Shown in pieces: positions 25,001-34,356 of a stretch of DNA of 50,071 nt (its first letter is position 1; each line of letters opens with the position of its first letter). The position numbers and the translations under genes are program-made. Below the pieces are notes generated by a model, which was not told the origin of the DNA, did no database searches, and worked only from the letters and a program-made list of their open reading frames with translations. This DNA is from a virus, in the IMG/VR virus record IMGVR_UViG_3300001598_000010, positions 1 through 50,071 of that record; one strand, given 5' to 3'.

Positions 25001-26656
25001 TGCGCCCACAGACAGAAGCAATGTGTCAATACTGTTCGGCTTGATTTTATCGGTGTAATAATCACCCTCTGGGTCGAACACCATATTCAACAATTCACGC
25101 GAAGAACGCCAATTGGCACGCGCCCTTGTTGGGTCTTGCAAGTTGTTGATGTTGATGATGTCCTGAATGTCCTGAATGTCGGAAATCACCCTTGTTGTGA
25201 TGCTTGTCGAAACGGTGTCCGAAATGGTCAGCACATATTCATAAGCATCAAGGATGTTGCGCGAAATTTGCTGAACCCTGACAGACTTGTTGACACCGAC
25301 ATCGGAATCTTGGATTGGAATGTAATCACCCGGATGGAAAACATTCGTAACAGATTCTTCCGAAACGCCAATCAGTTCTTCCAGATACGCTTTTGCGATT
25401 GAAAGCGCATATTTGACCAAAGGCTGACAATTTGTGGCAAGATATTCTTCGCCCTTTTCTTCAAGCAAATCTTCCGCATCTTCGACATAGGAATCCGGCA
25501 AGGCAACATCAATCAACTTATATGTGTCACCGGCTTTGATCTGAAACGCGGCTGATGAAGCGGATGGGAATTGGTCACCCCTTTCATCGGTCTGCTTGCA
25601 AAGCGTGAATGTCTTGGTTGTGTGGTCATAGGAATGAATGTCGAATTCATATCCGGCAAGGTTGCCAGAATTGAAGTGAACCTTGGCAGATACGCCCGGC
25701 AGAAGATAAAGCGTGTTGCCGCTTGAATCCTTTGCGTTCAAGTCGAACATTCCCGTGTCAACGAACTGCAACACATTGTCAGCAACAATGGATGTCACAT
25801 TGCCGCCGAATGTCGGCTTGATGTCATCGAAATACTTTGTTGCTTCAAAAATGCCGTATGCCGTTTTTGCGGCTGCGTTCTCCAAGTATGACTGTCCTTT
25901 GCTCTTTCCCGGTAAGCAAAGGCGGTTTGCCCTGTATTTGGTTGTAATGTTCTGGGTTGAACCGAACACTTTCAACCTTGTCACGATATTGGAAGAATCA
26001 ACATTCAGGCGTTGAAGATTGTACAGTCCGCCCGCGTTTCCGAACTGAAATGTGTAAGGGAACACCGAACCGATTGATGTCTGGAAATTGATGACATTGA
26101 CACCGTTGGTTGTAACGATGTCGAATTCCACCTTGAATTCCTGACAAAGCTGTTGAAGAACGGAAAGGCAATTCGCACTTTCTCCGAAAGTCAAGCATCT
26201 GTCCGCATCCGTTTCCGGACAAGTGCCAACCGCCCAAGAACGAGCAAACACACGGTTGGCATTGGCAACAAGGACATTGGCGAACCGTTCCAGATCCCCG
26301 GTCAATGAATCCGCCTGAATGTCTTGAAGCTGACAAGAAGTGGTGTCAACGGTCAAGTCGTATGTCACGCGCATCAGGTCATATTGGATGCCCTCAAATT
26401 CACATTCGTATTGCAGAAGATGCGTTTTGGTCTTGGTAATCTTGGGCAACCGGTTCATCTTGTAGGTGCGACCGAATATGCTTACCGAATCACCAATCCC
26501 CAAGTTCAAAGCAACCGCCGATTTGACGGTCACTTTGACCAGATCATCACCGTTCAATGTCCATTCTTGCCTTGCGGACACAATGGTGCAAGGCAAGTTC
26601 TTGTTGGACAATTGAACAGTTGAACCGTTGGGTTTGTTAACTGTTATTTGCTTCAT
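22013..26656 (-). CDS. Large tail tip / host-specificity protein with four collagen-like G-X-Y segments
   Basis: 1547 aa from the ATG at 26656 (the track start at 26677 is TTG). Its position after the Dit-like genes fits a Tal/gpJ-like role. G-X-Y runs lie at 24230-24295, 23816-23854, 23642-23689 and 23021-23095. Confidence 0.8.
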   Translation of the reverse strand: MKQITVNKPNGSTVQLSNKNLPCTIVSARQEWTLNGDDLVKVTVKSAVALNLGIGDSVSIFGRTYKMNRLPKITKTKTHLLQYECEFEGIQYDLMRVTYDLTVDTTSCQLQDIQADSLTGDLERFANVLVANANRVFARSWAVGTCPETDADRCLTFGESANCLSVLQQLCQEFKVEFDIVTTNGVNVINFQTSIGSVFPYTFQFGNAGGLYNLQRLNVDSSNIVTRLKVFGSTQNITTKYRANRLCLPGKSKGQSYLENAAAKTAYGIFEATKYFDDIKPTFGGNVTSIVADNVLQFVDTGMFDLNAKDSSGNTLYLLPGVSAKVHFNSGNLAGYEFDIHSYDHTTKTFTLCKQTDERGDQFPSASSAAFQIKAGDTYKLIDVALPDSYVEDAEDLLEEKGEEYLATNCQPLVKYALSIAKAYLEELIGVSEESVTNVFHPGDYIPIQDSDVGVNKSVRVQQISRNILDAYEYVLTISDTVSTSITTRVISDIQDIQDIININNLQDPTRARANWRSSRELLNMVFDPEGDYYTDKIKPNSIDTLLLSVGAKSMQFGLVGTVFEPNFGGNKNSMKVTGGTLVHYTIDEQQAVSWTLANNTFTFQKDSDAFYIYAKCSRSTNAGTILFSTQQIPCESDPDYYHFWIGVLHAVDSELGIRDISLSYGFTMINGRYITTGRIQSADGKNYIDLDENKIRFGNDSCYIDWNVTRNGQFSMRNVKIVSGSGEAYDMPVYRGDWNAQTMYYSGDTVTYSDGTTSATYMYINSTPTKGHAVTETAYWKVYASGGAKGDKGDPGEDGQDGEDGADGQSTFKSIVFKRTNTTPSTPTGGSYASPVPSGWSDGVPSGEAQLWMSTRIFTSDGLTPQQAAWTTPQVATDTADIDFEYSAVSSNPGNPTSNPSNWHNTATSSDIWMAMRKCKNGTWGSWEISKIKGEKGEPGSNGTDGSSIEVQFSVNGSSSWHSSFQSGDKYMRERVGSGSWSSAIKIVGEDGQDGTDGTDGTDGSHTSFVFQAAESQPAKPTSTSPIPTGWNDAPPICDIVSPTYTGDWVVNGKTLTSNAIGHSGATWEKIQIVTTKANTKVMVRIFASSEANYDFGYICNLDDSAHSTSSYLARVSGTQSALVTINIESAGTHFFYVGYTKDGSSVANDDKIVVKILDTPRTWMTCAVVSASGVAGTWTTPVLLSGQDGNNGNDGRDGQDGQDGQDGQDGKSPSSPYRGEYASTATYYGCDYRCDVVKYQGAYYRARPDAPQSPFVSVLPTNTSYWEQFGASYENIATGFLFAAEAVIDNAVIRILRTAETGKRIIIQNNEMTMYDANNNQKLLVKGEDIDIGTPTASFPLKQSWMGDTYSQKGQSGQDQGEMSICTFTVQSAGTQVNIPRIEISEDEQQGYYGGTIDMNSMFIYVINQSSGSRVVLAQNQGSKGITYNGGTLTLGAGTYEIKVSASWEWWVDPEDWYGNWISVSFQNESTGNVIITSATLQSIQIGANGIAIHLGNSFSAVFALDSGTPTILLQGLSSSGSAIGLRITRANGVQINRGSGWVAL

Positions 26657-27077
26657 AGATGGATGTGTCTGGTTCAATAAATGTCAATGTGAAAGTGCCG
26701 ACATTCTGCCCGTCACAGAATGTTTTCTTCAACGCTGAAACACTTTTCAGATAGACCAAGAATGACAATGTTTTTGCGCTTGAACCGCTTCCGATGGTTA
26801 CGGTCAAACTCTTGGTGGTTGTCTGTTCAAATATCCCAACGAATGTGTTGAAGTTGGTCGCAAGCGCACCGGCGGAATCAGCCTTGATGAAGCAAGACAG
26901 TTCAATCGTGCGCACATCGAATGTCGCGTGCGCCAGATCCGGAACATTGCCCGATTCGCCCGGATATTCAAAGATTTCAATCTTTTTGGGCGGCAAGCCA
27001 ATTATTCCGTTGCTTCCGGACACAAAAACGCCGTGTGTCTTGAAGTTTACCGAATTGAATGTATATGTTATGTCCAT
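26637..27077 (-). CDS. Distal-tail-protein (Dit)-like protein
   Basis: 146 aa from the ATG at 27077. Called from its position between the tape measure and the tail tip gene. It is a paralogue of the C-terminal half of ORF 27087-28313. Confidence 0.5.
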   Translation of the reverse strand: MDITYTFNSVNFKTHGVFVSGSNGIIGLPPKKIEIFEYPGESGNVPDLAHATFDVRTIELSCFIKADSAGALATNFNTFVGIFEQTTTKSLTVTIGSGSSAKTLSFLVYLKSVSALKKTFCDGQNVGTFTLTFIEPDTSIYEANNS

Positions 27078-27086
27078 AACCAAACA

Positions 27087-28313
27087 CTATATTTTAGGGA
27101 ACACAACGATTGCATTTGTTTCGAAATCCGTGATTTCTTCGATGCATCCGGTAATAACGGGATAGTATGAACCATCATCGGCATAGTCGTGCGTAATGGT
27201 CAGGTTCGTGCCGCATACATCTTCCGAAACGCTTCCGTCACCCCAATAGATATTGACATCCTTGCGTGTGGTCATCGTGATGGAAACACGCTTCGTTGAT
27301 TCTCCGTTCCGGAAGTGTTTCAAGACACGCTTCACCGGCTCTGGTTCGACAAGGTTCAAAGTGAATGTTCCGACCATAAGGTTTGCCGACCATTCCTTTG
27401 AAATCTTGATGGCATCCTTGACATAGACTTCATAAATCAACGGCTTGTCCGGCACGACATTGATGACAAGCCTGTTTTTCCCTCTGGAATCCCAAGCCTG
27501 ACTGAACGCCCGGACTTTATCAACGAATTCACCACGACTTTCCGCTTTGATGAAACAAGACAGGGTGATTTCCCTTGATTCAAGATATTTGTGGTTCAAG
27601 AAAGTCCGTTCACCGTGCATATAGTCTGACGGTATCGTGAACGGGTCTTTCATCTTTGGTCTGTCCAAGATTCCGTCAGATGCAGACACATAGACACCGA
27701 AATCCTTGAAGTCCACGCCATCAACAAGGTATTGCGCCGATGTGCGCGGCTGCTGAATAGAATTGATTTCCGCAAGTGACAACGCGCAATCGAACACCCA
27801 GACATCATCAAGAAGTCCGTACAAGTAATCACCGCCGTAATAGTCTTGATTCAAGGAAATGCCGACCAATGTTTCCGTTGTGTTTATTATTGTCCTGACC
27901 CTGACACCATCAACATAGAAGATGAATGTCTGGATGTCATCATCTTCGGAATATTCGCTGACAACGGCAATGGAATGCCAAGTACCAGGAATCACCGGGA
28001 TTTCAACTTCTTCATAGTTGTATTCGCCGAAATAGTTCAAGCACCAGATCAGCCGGTTTGGAGAACCAACAACGGCTTCGCCGTTCTTGACATACGCAAC
28101 GATTGTGAAGTTTGATGTAAGGTCAGGAATGACATCTTGTGATATTTCACAACAACCATTGCCATAGCCTTTCAACGCCTTTCCGGTGTGTCCGGATGCG
28201 AAAGCCGCACCCAAGACAACCCCATCGTTGCGATTCTTGCTGTAATCGTATGCCACCGATGAATTGTCCTGTTCATCGAATGGCAAGTGCATCATTAAGT
28301 TGTCCTCATTCAT
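27087..28313 (-). CDS. Tail protein: LamG/ConA-like N-terminal domain plus a Dit-like C-terminal domain
   Basis: 408 aa. The N-terminus (HLPFDEQDNSSVAYDYSKNRNDGVV...) resembles LamG-type lectin domains. The C-terminus shares ITLSCFIKAESRGEF / VGTFTLNLVEPEP with IELSCFIKADSAGAL / VGTFTLTFIEPD in the next ORF. Confidence 0.5.
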   Translation of the reverse strand: MNEDNLMMHLPFDEQDNSSVAYDYSKNRNDGVVLGAAFASGHTGKALKGYGNGCCEISQDVIPDLTSNFTIVAYVKNGEAVVGSPNRLIWCLNYFGEYNYEEVEIPVIPGTWHSIAVVSEYSEDDDIQTFIFYVDGVRVRTIINTTETLVGISLNQDYYGGDYLYGLLDDVWVFDCALSLAEINSIQQPRTSAQYLVDGVDFKDFGVYVSASDGILDRPKMKDPFTIPSDYMHGERTFLNHKYLESREITLSCFIKAESRGEFVDKVRAFSQAWDSRGKNRLVINVVPDKPLIYEVYVKDAIKISKEWSANLMVGTFTLNLVEPEPVKRVLKHFRNGESTKRVSITMTTRKDVNIYWGDGSVSEDVCGTNLTITHDYADDGSYYPVITGCIEEITDFETNAIVVFPKI

Positions 28314-28318
28314 AGCAA

Positions 28319-28834
28319 CTAAATTTTGTTGTATTTATATCTGACTTTTACAAGGCTTTCATCGTTCTGGGAATACTCAACTTTTGCATTCGAAGAATAG
28401 ATGTTCACACATACCTTTGCCCGGTGGTATGAACGAACCCGCACGGTTGCATTTCCCCATACATCCACCACAACGAAGCTGTTTTCTTTCGGTAGGATGT
28501 CAAGATCTGCATCGTGAGTTGCGAAAACCTCTGAAACGCCATATCCGGTTGTGTGGACATTGCCACTTGTAGTGCCAAGCGCAACAACCTTTTTGGCATC
28601 CCATATATCAATGGCATCATCAAGAAACACCCCGGATGTTTCCATTTTGCCCTTGAAGTGCTTTGTAATGAAGTCCCTGTCCGGGAAATCACTTTCAAGA
28701 CAGAAGTCAATGCCTTTCAGGTACATTTCCAACATCTTGTCAATGTTATTCCCAAAGTTCTTCAATTCATCGTGCCAAGGCTTGCAAATGCCCTTTTTCG
28801 CGGCATCCTTGGCAAGTGTTCTTCCTAAATCCAT
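28319..28834 (-). CDS. Hypothetical tail-module protein
   Basis: 171-aa ORF directly after the tape measure gene. Confidence 0.5.
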   Translation of the reverse strand: MDLGRTLAKDAAKKGICKPWHDELKNFGNNIDKMLEMYLKGIDFCLESDFPDRDFITKHFKGKMETSGVFLDDAIDIWDAKKVVALGTTSGNVHTTGYGVSEVFATHDADLDILPKENSFVVVDVWGNATVRVRSYHRAKVCVNIYSSNAKVEYSQNDESLVKVRYKYNKI

Positions 28835-28849
28835 CGTTTCTATTGTTTA

Positions 28850-31800
28850 TTATGAAAGACCCTGTGAACGAAGCGAATTGCCATCACCGGCTTCCATCAG
28901 GGAAATCACCCGGTCAATCTTTGACAGATATTGGCAATATGCCGTGTTTGTTGCGATCTGGTTCAGCACCAGAAGCGAATTGCGAAGAACTTGCGTTGCT
29001 TCAAGCTGATTGATTCGGATGGCGTTCATCTGACCGGCAATCATTCCGGCGGTTTCTTCCGAAACGCCCTTGACCGCACCGGACAACGATGTGTCCGCTT
29101 CCGTTCCGCCAAGGTTCATATCCTTGAACAGATCCGAATAAATGCCCAACGCCTGATTGTATGTGTCGGCAATGCCCTTGACCCGTTCTTTGAAAGCCGC
29201 GATTTCTTCATCCGTCAGTCCGTTGAATGTGAAGTTCCCGGATGAATCGAATGTTCCCAATGAATTCTGCAATTGGTCAAGCGCACCTTGCAACTGACTT
29301 TCCAAGAAGTTCTTTTTAAGTTGGTTGACAATCGCGTTCTTCATCACATCGTTGACGGTCGTTTCAAACGCATTGGCGGCATCTTCACCGGCGGCAAATG
29401 CTTCAACCAACGAATCACCAAGTTCATCAGCGAAGTCCTTTGCGGTGGTCTGCAAGATGTCATCGGCAATTTCATCGTACAGATCGGAAATGTTCCTTGA
29501 CAATTCATCAATCTGGTCTTGATAGTCGCGGATGGCATCGTTGTCGGATTTCTTCTTGCCTTGTTCTTCGCGCTTGATGGCTTGCAATCTTCGCTGTTGT
29601 TCTTCAAGGTTCTTGATTGCATCCCTCTGGCTTTTGTAGTACGATGAACCAAGTGCCTTGTCAACCTCCCAAGAAAGCTGTTCATATTGGCTTTGTAGTG
29701 ACTTGATGGCTTCCTTGTGCTTTTCGATTCTTCTGTCCGCTTCGCGGTCGTGGGAGTTGAAAAGGTCAATGGCGTTGGTCACCAGACTGATTGAACCTTG
29801 GATGATCTGCAACGGATTGCCGGTCGCAATTCCCATTGCAAGGTCGCTTGCGCCGGAAAGCATCCCGGAAATGTCGTTCATAACCTGACCGGTCTGTTCA
29901 TCCATATTGACACCAAGTTTGTTGATGCCATCCACAACGGAATCAAACGCGCCGGAAATAAGACCGATGGATGATGATGTTGCTTCGAACATCTTGGACA
30001 AGGTTTTCTTCTTGGCTTCATCATCAGCCGCCTTGCCATAATCCTTGACCGCGTTCTGCAATGCCTTGAACGGATTCCTTTGAAGAATTTCATCCTTGAT
30101 GCCGTTCACCTTGTCTTTCAGCGTTTCAAGGTCTTTGGGGTCGAATTCAACGCCAAGATAGGCGGTCATCCCGTCAATCTTGTCAACCAATTCTTGCAGC
30201 TTCCGTGTGGACACTTCATCAAGGTTGCCGAAAAGAAGTTCCCAATCCGGATTGGCTTGAATATCTTCAAGCGCAAGGGATGACAATGCCTTTGCCTGTG
30301 CCTTGTTCAGTTCTTCGACAAGTGCCTGATTGTTGTTCTGTTCGGCAATCTTGCGCTTCGCATCGAAGTCATCAATGATGGCTTGCTTCTTTTGTTCGAA
30401 GTTCTGGTATTGTTCAAGCAATGCATCATACTTCTGTTGTTCCGGACTTTTCGATTCATCTTCGAAAGCCTTTTTCCGGGCGGCAATCACACGGTCTATT
30501 TCCGCGATTTCCGCTTCCGATGTTGCCGATGCACGCTTCTTGTCCAAGATTTCCAGATCATAAGCCAACTGTTCTTCCATCTGGCGTTTCTTCTCCGTGA
30601 ACGAAGCGAATTCCGTCATCAGGGATTCCAATTCGGACTTCGCCTTTTCGTTTGCCCGGATTTCGGCATCATCAAGCGTTTCTTTCTTGGCATTGTCCAC
30701 ATCCGTTCCGTCATTGGCAAGTTCTTCGCGCATCTTCTTGATGGTGTTCAGCATTTCAACGGCGGTCTTGGCGTTGGAAAGGGATGCGGAAAGTTCATTG
30801 TTGAAAGCATCCAGAACGGTTTTCTTCGTTTCTTCCGCAATGGCATCATTGAGTTGGCGCAACTTCTTGTTCTGGGTCTTGGTGCGGTTTTCGGCATCAA
30901 TAGAAAGAAGCGCATCACGCTGATTCTTCAAGTATTCAATGAATGTCGCGCCCTCTTTCAACAGACCGGCAAATTCTTGGTTGGCACTCTGGACAAGAAT
31001 CTTGTCACCGGAATTCATCCACTTCTGGAAGCGTGCATATTCGGTTCTGTACTTGTTCAGCTTCTCCAAGAATGGATCTGATGAAGATGAAGAACCACCG
31101 CCGGATGTTGTGACCGTTCCGGTGATGGCATTCGCCTGTTTCTGTAAGTCTTGGATTTCCGCCAACGCTTTCTTGTAGTCATCATTGTTGGTCAAGTTCT
31201 TCAAGGCGGCTTGTTTCAACGCAATTGCCTGTTCGATTGCACCAAGCGTTCCGGAAGCATATTGTCCGGTTGCCTGAACACCGACTTTCTGCAACATAAG
31301 AAGTCCATTCCTTTCGGCATTGGCGGCATTGGTGTAACCATCTTCGATGGTCTTGCGCAATTCATCCATTTCGGCTTTCTTCTTGTCCTTGGCATCGTTG
31401 TGGGTTTCATACGAACCAACACCGCCGTACATACCTTGCGAATAATACACGGTCTTGGTGTCCGGCATTGCGTTGTATTCGTTTTCAAGTTCAATAAGTG
31501 CCTTGATGTTTTCTTCCGCTTGCTTGATGTACACCATTGCTTTCGCTTTTTCGATCTGGGCATTGATGAAAGCATCCTTGTTGGCAACCAGAAGATTTTC
31601 CGCATCGGTCACGCCGTTGATGGCAACGCCAAGTTCATCGAAAGCCTTGGCATTATCTTCGATGAATTTCTTCTTGGCATCCAGATCATCACCAAGCGCA
31701 TTCCATTTCGTTGACAGAAGTTCGATGTTGCCGATAGGCTTGTAAGCACTTTCGGCAAGGCTTTGTCCGAATTCCTTGGCGGCTTTCTTGGCTTCATTCG

Positions 31801-32950
31801 CCTTTGAAACAAAATGCCCCACAACGCCCACAATCGCACCGATTGCGGCGGCAATCCATCCGAATACCGGGATTGACTTGATGGCAACACCAACGGCACG
31901 AAAAGCACCGGCAAGGGTGAAATTCGCAACCGTTCCGGCTGTTGCCGCACCCGTTTCGGTAACTATTGCACCGGTGGCAACCGCTTCACCGGCGGCTTGC
32001 GCACCAGAAGCCGTTGCATTGGCTTCCTTGGCGGCGGTGTTCGCAATGGTCGCGGCTGTTTCTGCCGTTGTCCTGATGCCGGATTCCGCAAGAACCTTGT
32101 TCCACCATTCCTTGACACCGGCAAGTGTGACAAGCTGAAAAGCCGAATCCTTGTTCAAGGTCTGTTCCACTTGTTGAAGTCCAACCGTGATTGCCATCAA
32201 GGACTGAACTTTCAACATAATCTTCTGCAAGTTTTCGTTTTCACCGGCAAACAATGACACCGCACCTTGGGCGGCGGAAAATGCACCGGAAACACCGGAA
32301 AGACCGGAAATGATACCTTGCATTCCCCTCTGGTCGTGCGCCATTATGTTGGCTTGTGCGGTCGCATCACCCCAAGCATCGGTCAAACGACCGACTTCTT
32401 CTTGCAATGCCCGGTATTCTTCCGTTCCGCGCTTGCCCGCCATTTCCATTTCAACAAGTTCTTCGCGCAATTCGCGGATTCTGGCACGCATTGATGTGTG
32501 TGCTTCGCCATTCTTGTCGGCGGCTTCCGCCTGTTCCGCCAATGCAAGGGATTCAACGAATAGTTCATCAGAACACTTGCCGATTTCTTCCAACAGATCT
32601 TCGCGCATCCTGATTTCACCCCTGATTGCGGACATTTCATCTTCGATGGCACGCAATTCTTCATCACGACCCTGTGACTTCGCAACAGAAGCCTTTTCAC
32701 CAAGTTCCTGGTACTTGGCTTCAAGTTCAGAAATCTTGTTCTGGTGTTCTACGGTTGCGGCATCAAGTGCATTCAAGGCTTGAAGCATCTGGGATGCGGT
32801 CTTTTTGAACGCACCATCCATTTGTTCGCCACCCCTTACGGTGGCGTTGGTAAGTCCTTCAACACGGCGCAAAGTTTCTTCGATTGCGCCATCCATTTGT
32901 CCATTGTCCATAACGGACTTGAACGACAATGAACCACCACTTATGTCCAT
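28850..32950 (-). CDS. Tail tape measure protein
   Basis: 1366 aa. Long coiled-coil composition and a central hydrophobic/Gly-Ala-rich segment (IPVFGWIAAAIGAIVGVVGHFV). It lies immediately after the G/GT chaperone pair. Confidence 0.85.
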   Translation of the reverse strand: MDISGGSLSFKSVMDNGQMDGAIEETLRRVEGLTNATVRGGEQMDGAFKKTASQMLQALNALDAATVEHQNKISELEAKYQELGEKASVAKSQGRDEELRAIEDEMSAIRGEIRMREDLLEEIGKCSDELFVESLALAEQAEAADKNGEAHTSMRARIRELREELVEMEMAGKRGTEEYRALQEEVGRLTDAWGDATAQANIMAHDQRGMQGIISGLSGVSGAFSAAQGAVSLFAGENENLQKIMLKVQSLMAITVGLQQVEQTLNKDSAFQLVTLAGVKEWWNKVLAESGIRTTAETAATIANTAAKEANATASGAQAAGEAVATGAIVTETGAATAGTVANFTLAGAFRAVGVAIKSIPVFGWIAAAIGAIVGVVGHFVSKANEAKKAAKEFGQSLAESAYKPIGNIELLSTKWNALGDDLDAKKKFIEDNAKAFDELGVAINGVTDAENLLVANKDAFINAQIEKAKAMVYIKQAEENIKALIELENEYNAMPDTKTVYYSQGMYGGVGSYETHNDAKDKKKAEMDELRKTIEDGYTNAANAERNGLLMLQKVGVQATGQYASGTLGAIEQAIALKQAALKNLTNNDDYKKALAEIQDLQKQANAITGTVTTSGGGSSSSSDPFLEKLNKYRTEYARFQKWMNSGDKILVQSANQEFAGLLKEGATFIEYLKNQRDALLSIDAENRTKTQNKKLRQLNDAIAEETKKTVLDAFNNELSASLSNAKTAVEMLNTIKKMREELANDGTDVDNAKKETLDDAEIRANEKAKSELESLMTEFASFTEKKRQMEEQLAYDLEILDKKRASATSEAEIAEIDRVIAARKKAFEDESKSPEQQKYDALLEQYQNFEQKKQAIIDDFDAKRKIAEQNNNQALVEELNKAQAKALSSLALEDIQANPDWELLFGNLDEVSTRKLQELVDKIDGMTAYLGVEFDPKDLETLKDKVNGIKDEILQRNPFKALQNAVKDYGKAADDEAKKKTLSKMFEATSSSIGLISGAFDSVVDGINKLGVNMDEQTGQVMNDISGMLSGASDLAMGIATGNPLQIIQGSISLVTNAIDLFNSHDREADRRIEKHKEAIKSLQSQYEQLSWEVDKALGSSYYKSQRDAIKNLEEQQRRLQAIKREEQGKKKSDNDAIRDYQDQIDELSRNISDLYDEIADDILQTTAKDFADELGDSLVEAFAAGEDAANAFETTVNDVMKNAIVNQLKKNFLESQLQGALDQLQNSLGTFDSSGNFTFNGLTDEEIAAFKERVKGIADTYNQALGIYSDLFKDMNLGGTEADTSLSGAVKGVSEETAGMIAGQMNAIRINQLEATQVLRNSLLVLNQIATNTAYCQYLSKIDRVISLMEAGDGNSLRSQGLS

Positions 32951-32951
32951 A

Positions 32952-33171
32952 TCACATCATTTGATTTACATAGTTCATAATTGATTCAGCGTTTTCGGTT
33001 GTAAGTTCGATGTCATCTTCCTTTGCATCCGCATCGTATGACGGTGCATCAACCATCATCTTCTGAACCGTATTCCACGCAATGCCATTCAACAAATAGT
33101 CAAGTGTCCATCCGAAATGGGAACATATTGCCCCACGCCGACCATACGGACTGTTTAGACCCCGGCTTTTT
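32952..33171 (-). CDS. gpT-like extension reached by a -1 programmed frameshift (GT fusion product 33724 to 32952)
   Basis: The -1 frame is open from the A5 run GGAAAAAG (33173-33166, minus strand) to the TGA at 32952, 1 nt from the tape measure ATG. Lys-tRNA can re-pair AAA to AAA after a -1 slip. Confidence 0.5.
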
Positions 33172-33724
33172 CCTCTATTCGAATCGGCATTGTGGTTCGG
33201 TCGGCTAACATCAATCGAATAGAGTTCATAAAATCCCCCAGATTGCTCATTGTATTTATCAAGACACAAATCTGGTTCTGGGTTGATGGCTTGATGTTCC
33301 TTGCGAAAAGGTTGGTCAGTTCATTCAGCCTTTTGGTATCTTCAACCCAGACAACATTTCCACCCTTTCCCGGTTTCGGAATCAACAAGTCCGTGTCCAG
33401 AACGGCAAGCGCGATGATTCGGCAACACCTGATGGAATGCCGGTGCGCCATTGTTCTGGCGTGCCGCATTGCTTCGCTTGACTTTGCCTTTTCTTCATCA
33501 ATGGCAAGTTCAATCCATTCGCGGGAAAGCCTGTCAAGCGTTCCAAGGGTCGGTTCATTGATTTCAAACTTGCGGACTATATCTTTCTTCACCTTTCGCT
33601 TTATCAAGCCAAATAGGTGGGTTTCTGTCACAAATTCGACATCCTTGCACTCAAAGGAAACACCGCGCTGAATCAGCAAGTCAAGTTCTTTCCTTTCAAG
33701 TTCAAGTTTTTGTTCATCTGTCAT
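33155..33724 (-). CDS. Tail assembly chaperone (gpG-like)
   Basis: 189-aa ORF between the major tail protein and the tape measure. It is overlapped at its 3' end by a -1 frame ORF. Confidence 0.65.
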   Translation of the reverse strand: MTDEQKLELERKELDLLIQRGVSFECKDVEFVTETHLFGLIKRKVKKDIVRKFEINEPTLGTLDRLSREWIELAIDEEKAKSSEAMRHARTMAHRHSIRCCRIIALAVLDTDLLIPKPGKGGNVVWVEDTKRLNELTNLFARNIKPSTQNQICVLINTMSNLGDFMNSIRLMLADRTTMPIRIEEKAGV

Positions 33725-33745
33725 CTTTGCAATGCTTTAATCGTT

Positions 33746-33784
33746 AAAAAAAAGATGCCCCAAAATCGTATGATCTGGGGCATC
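33746..33784 (-). terminator. Rho-independent terminator after the major tail protein gene
   Basis: 9-bp GC-rich stem GATGCCCCA / TGGGGCATC, followed on the minus strand by T8. Confidence 0.65.
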
Positions 33785-33818
33785 CGGGTAATTCAAGACC
33801 CCGCCAATGGGTTGTCCA

Positions 33819-34334
33819 TTACGATGTCTGACCACCAGAAGTGGTTGTCTTTGGAACACCACGAAGTGCCTTGCCGGAAGTAACGGCACAAGGTGTGACG
33901 GTGAAGTCAACAAGGAAGATTCCCTTTGCGGAAAGATCTGCGTTGATGACAGCTTCGATGTCACCATTCGGAATCTCAAAGTCAAGACCCTGTTCGGTGA
34001 TGACCTTGATTGCTTTGTTGGCAACAACCTCATTACCATCGTAACCCCACGCCGGTGCGCTTGATGTTCCGACATTTGAACCACCGATGTAGTCAATAAG
34101 TGCCTGAACATCACAGTCCATAATGGAGAAAGTGACCTTTGGAATCTTGCGCGATTTCTTGCGCACTTCCGGTGCTGCCTTGCCCTCTTCGAAGTGTTCG
34201 GTCACATCGGCTGCATCCTGACCAATCTTTGCGGTGTCCTTGTAGGTCTTACCGAGTTTTGACATACTTGTCGGCATCGTTCCGCCAACGGCGGCTGCAC
34301 CGACCTGAATTTCGCATAAGCCAAGTGTAATCAT
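33819..34334 (-). CDS. Major tail (tube) protein
   Basis: 171 aa. Called from its position directly upstream of the G/GT chaperones and the terminator that follows it. Confidence 0.6.
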   Translation of the reverse strand: MITLGLCEIQVGAAAVGGTMPTSMSKLGKTYKDTAKIGQDAADVTEHFEEGKAAPEVRKKSRKIPKVTFSIMDCDVQALIDYIGGSNVGTSSAPAWGYDGNEVVANKAIKVITEQGLDFEIPNGDIEAVINADLSAKGIFLVDFTVTPCAVTSGKALRGVPKTTTSGGQTS

Positions 34335-34356
34335 AACGATATGAAAAATTTAATTG

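Noticed and set aside
30383-31081. 232-aa plus-strand ORF, with many similar ones between 28.9 and 32.8 kb
   Set aside because: They are antisense to the tape measure gene. Long antisense frames are expected in biased coiled-coil coding DNA.
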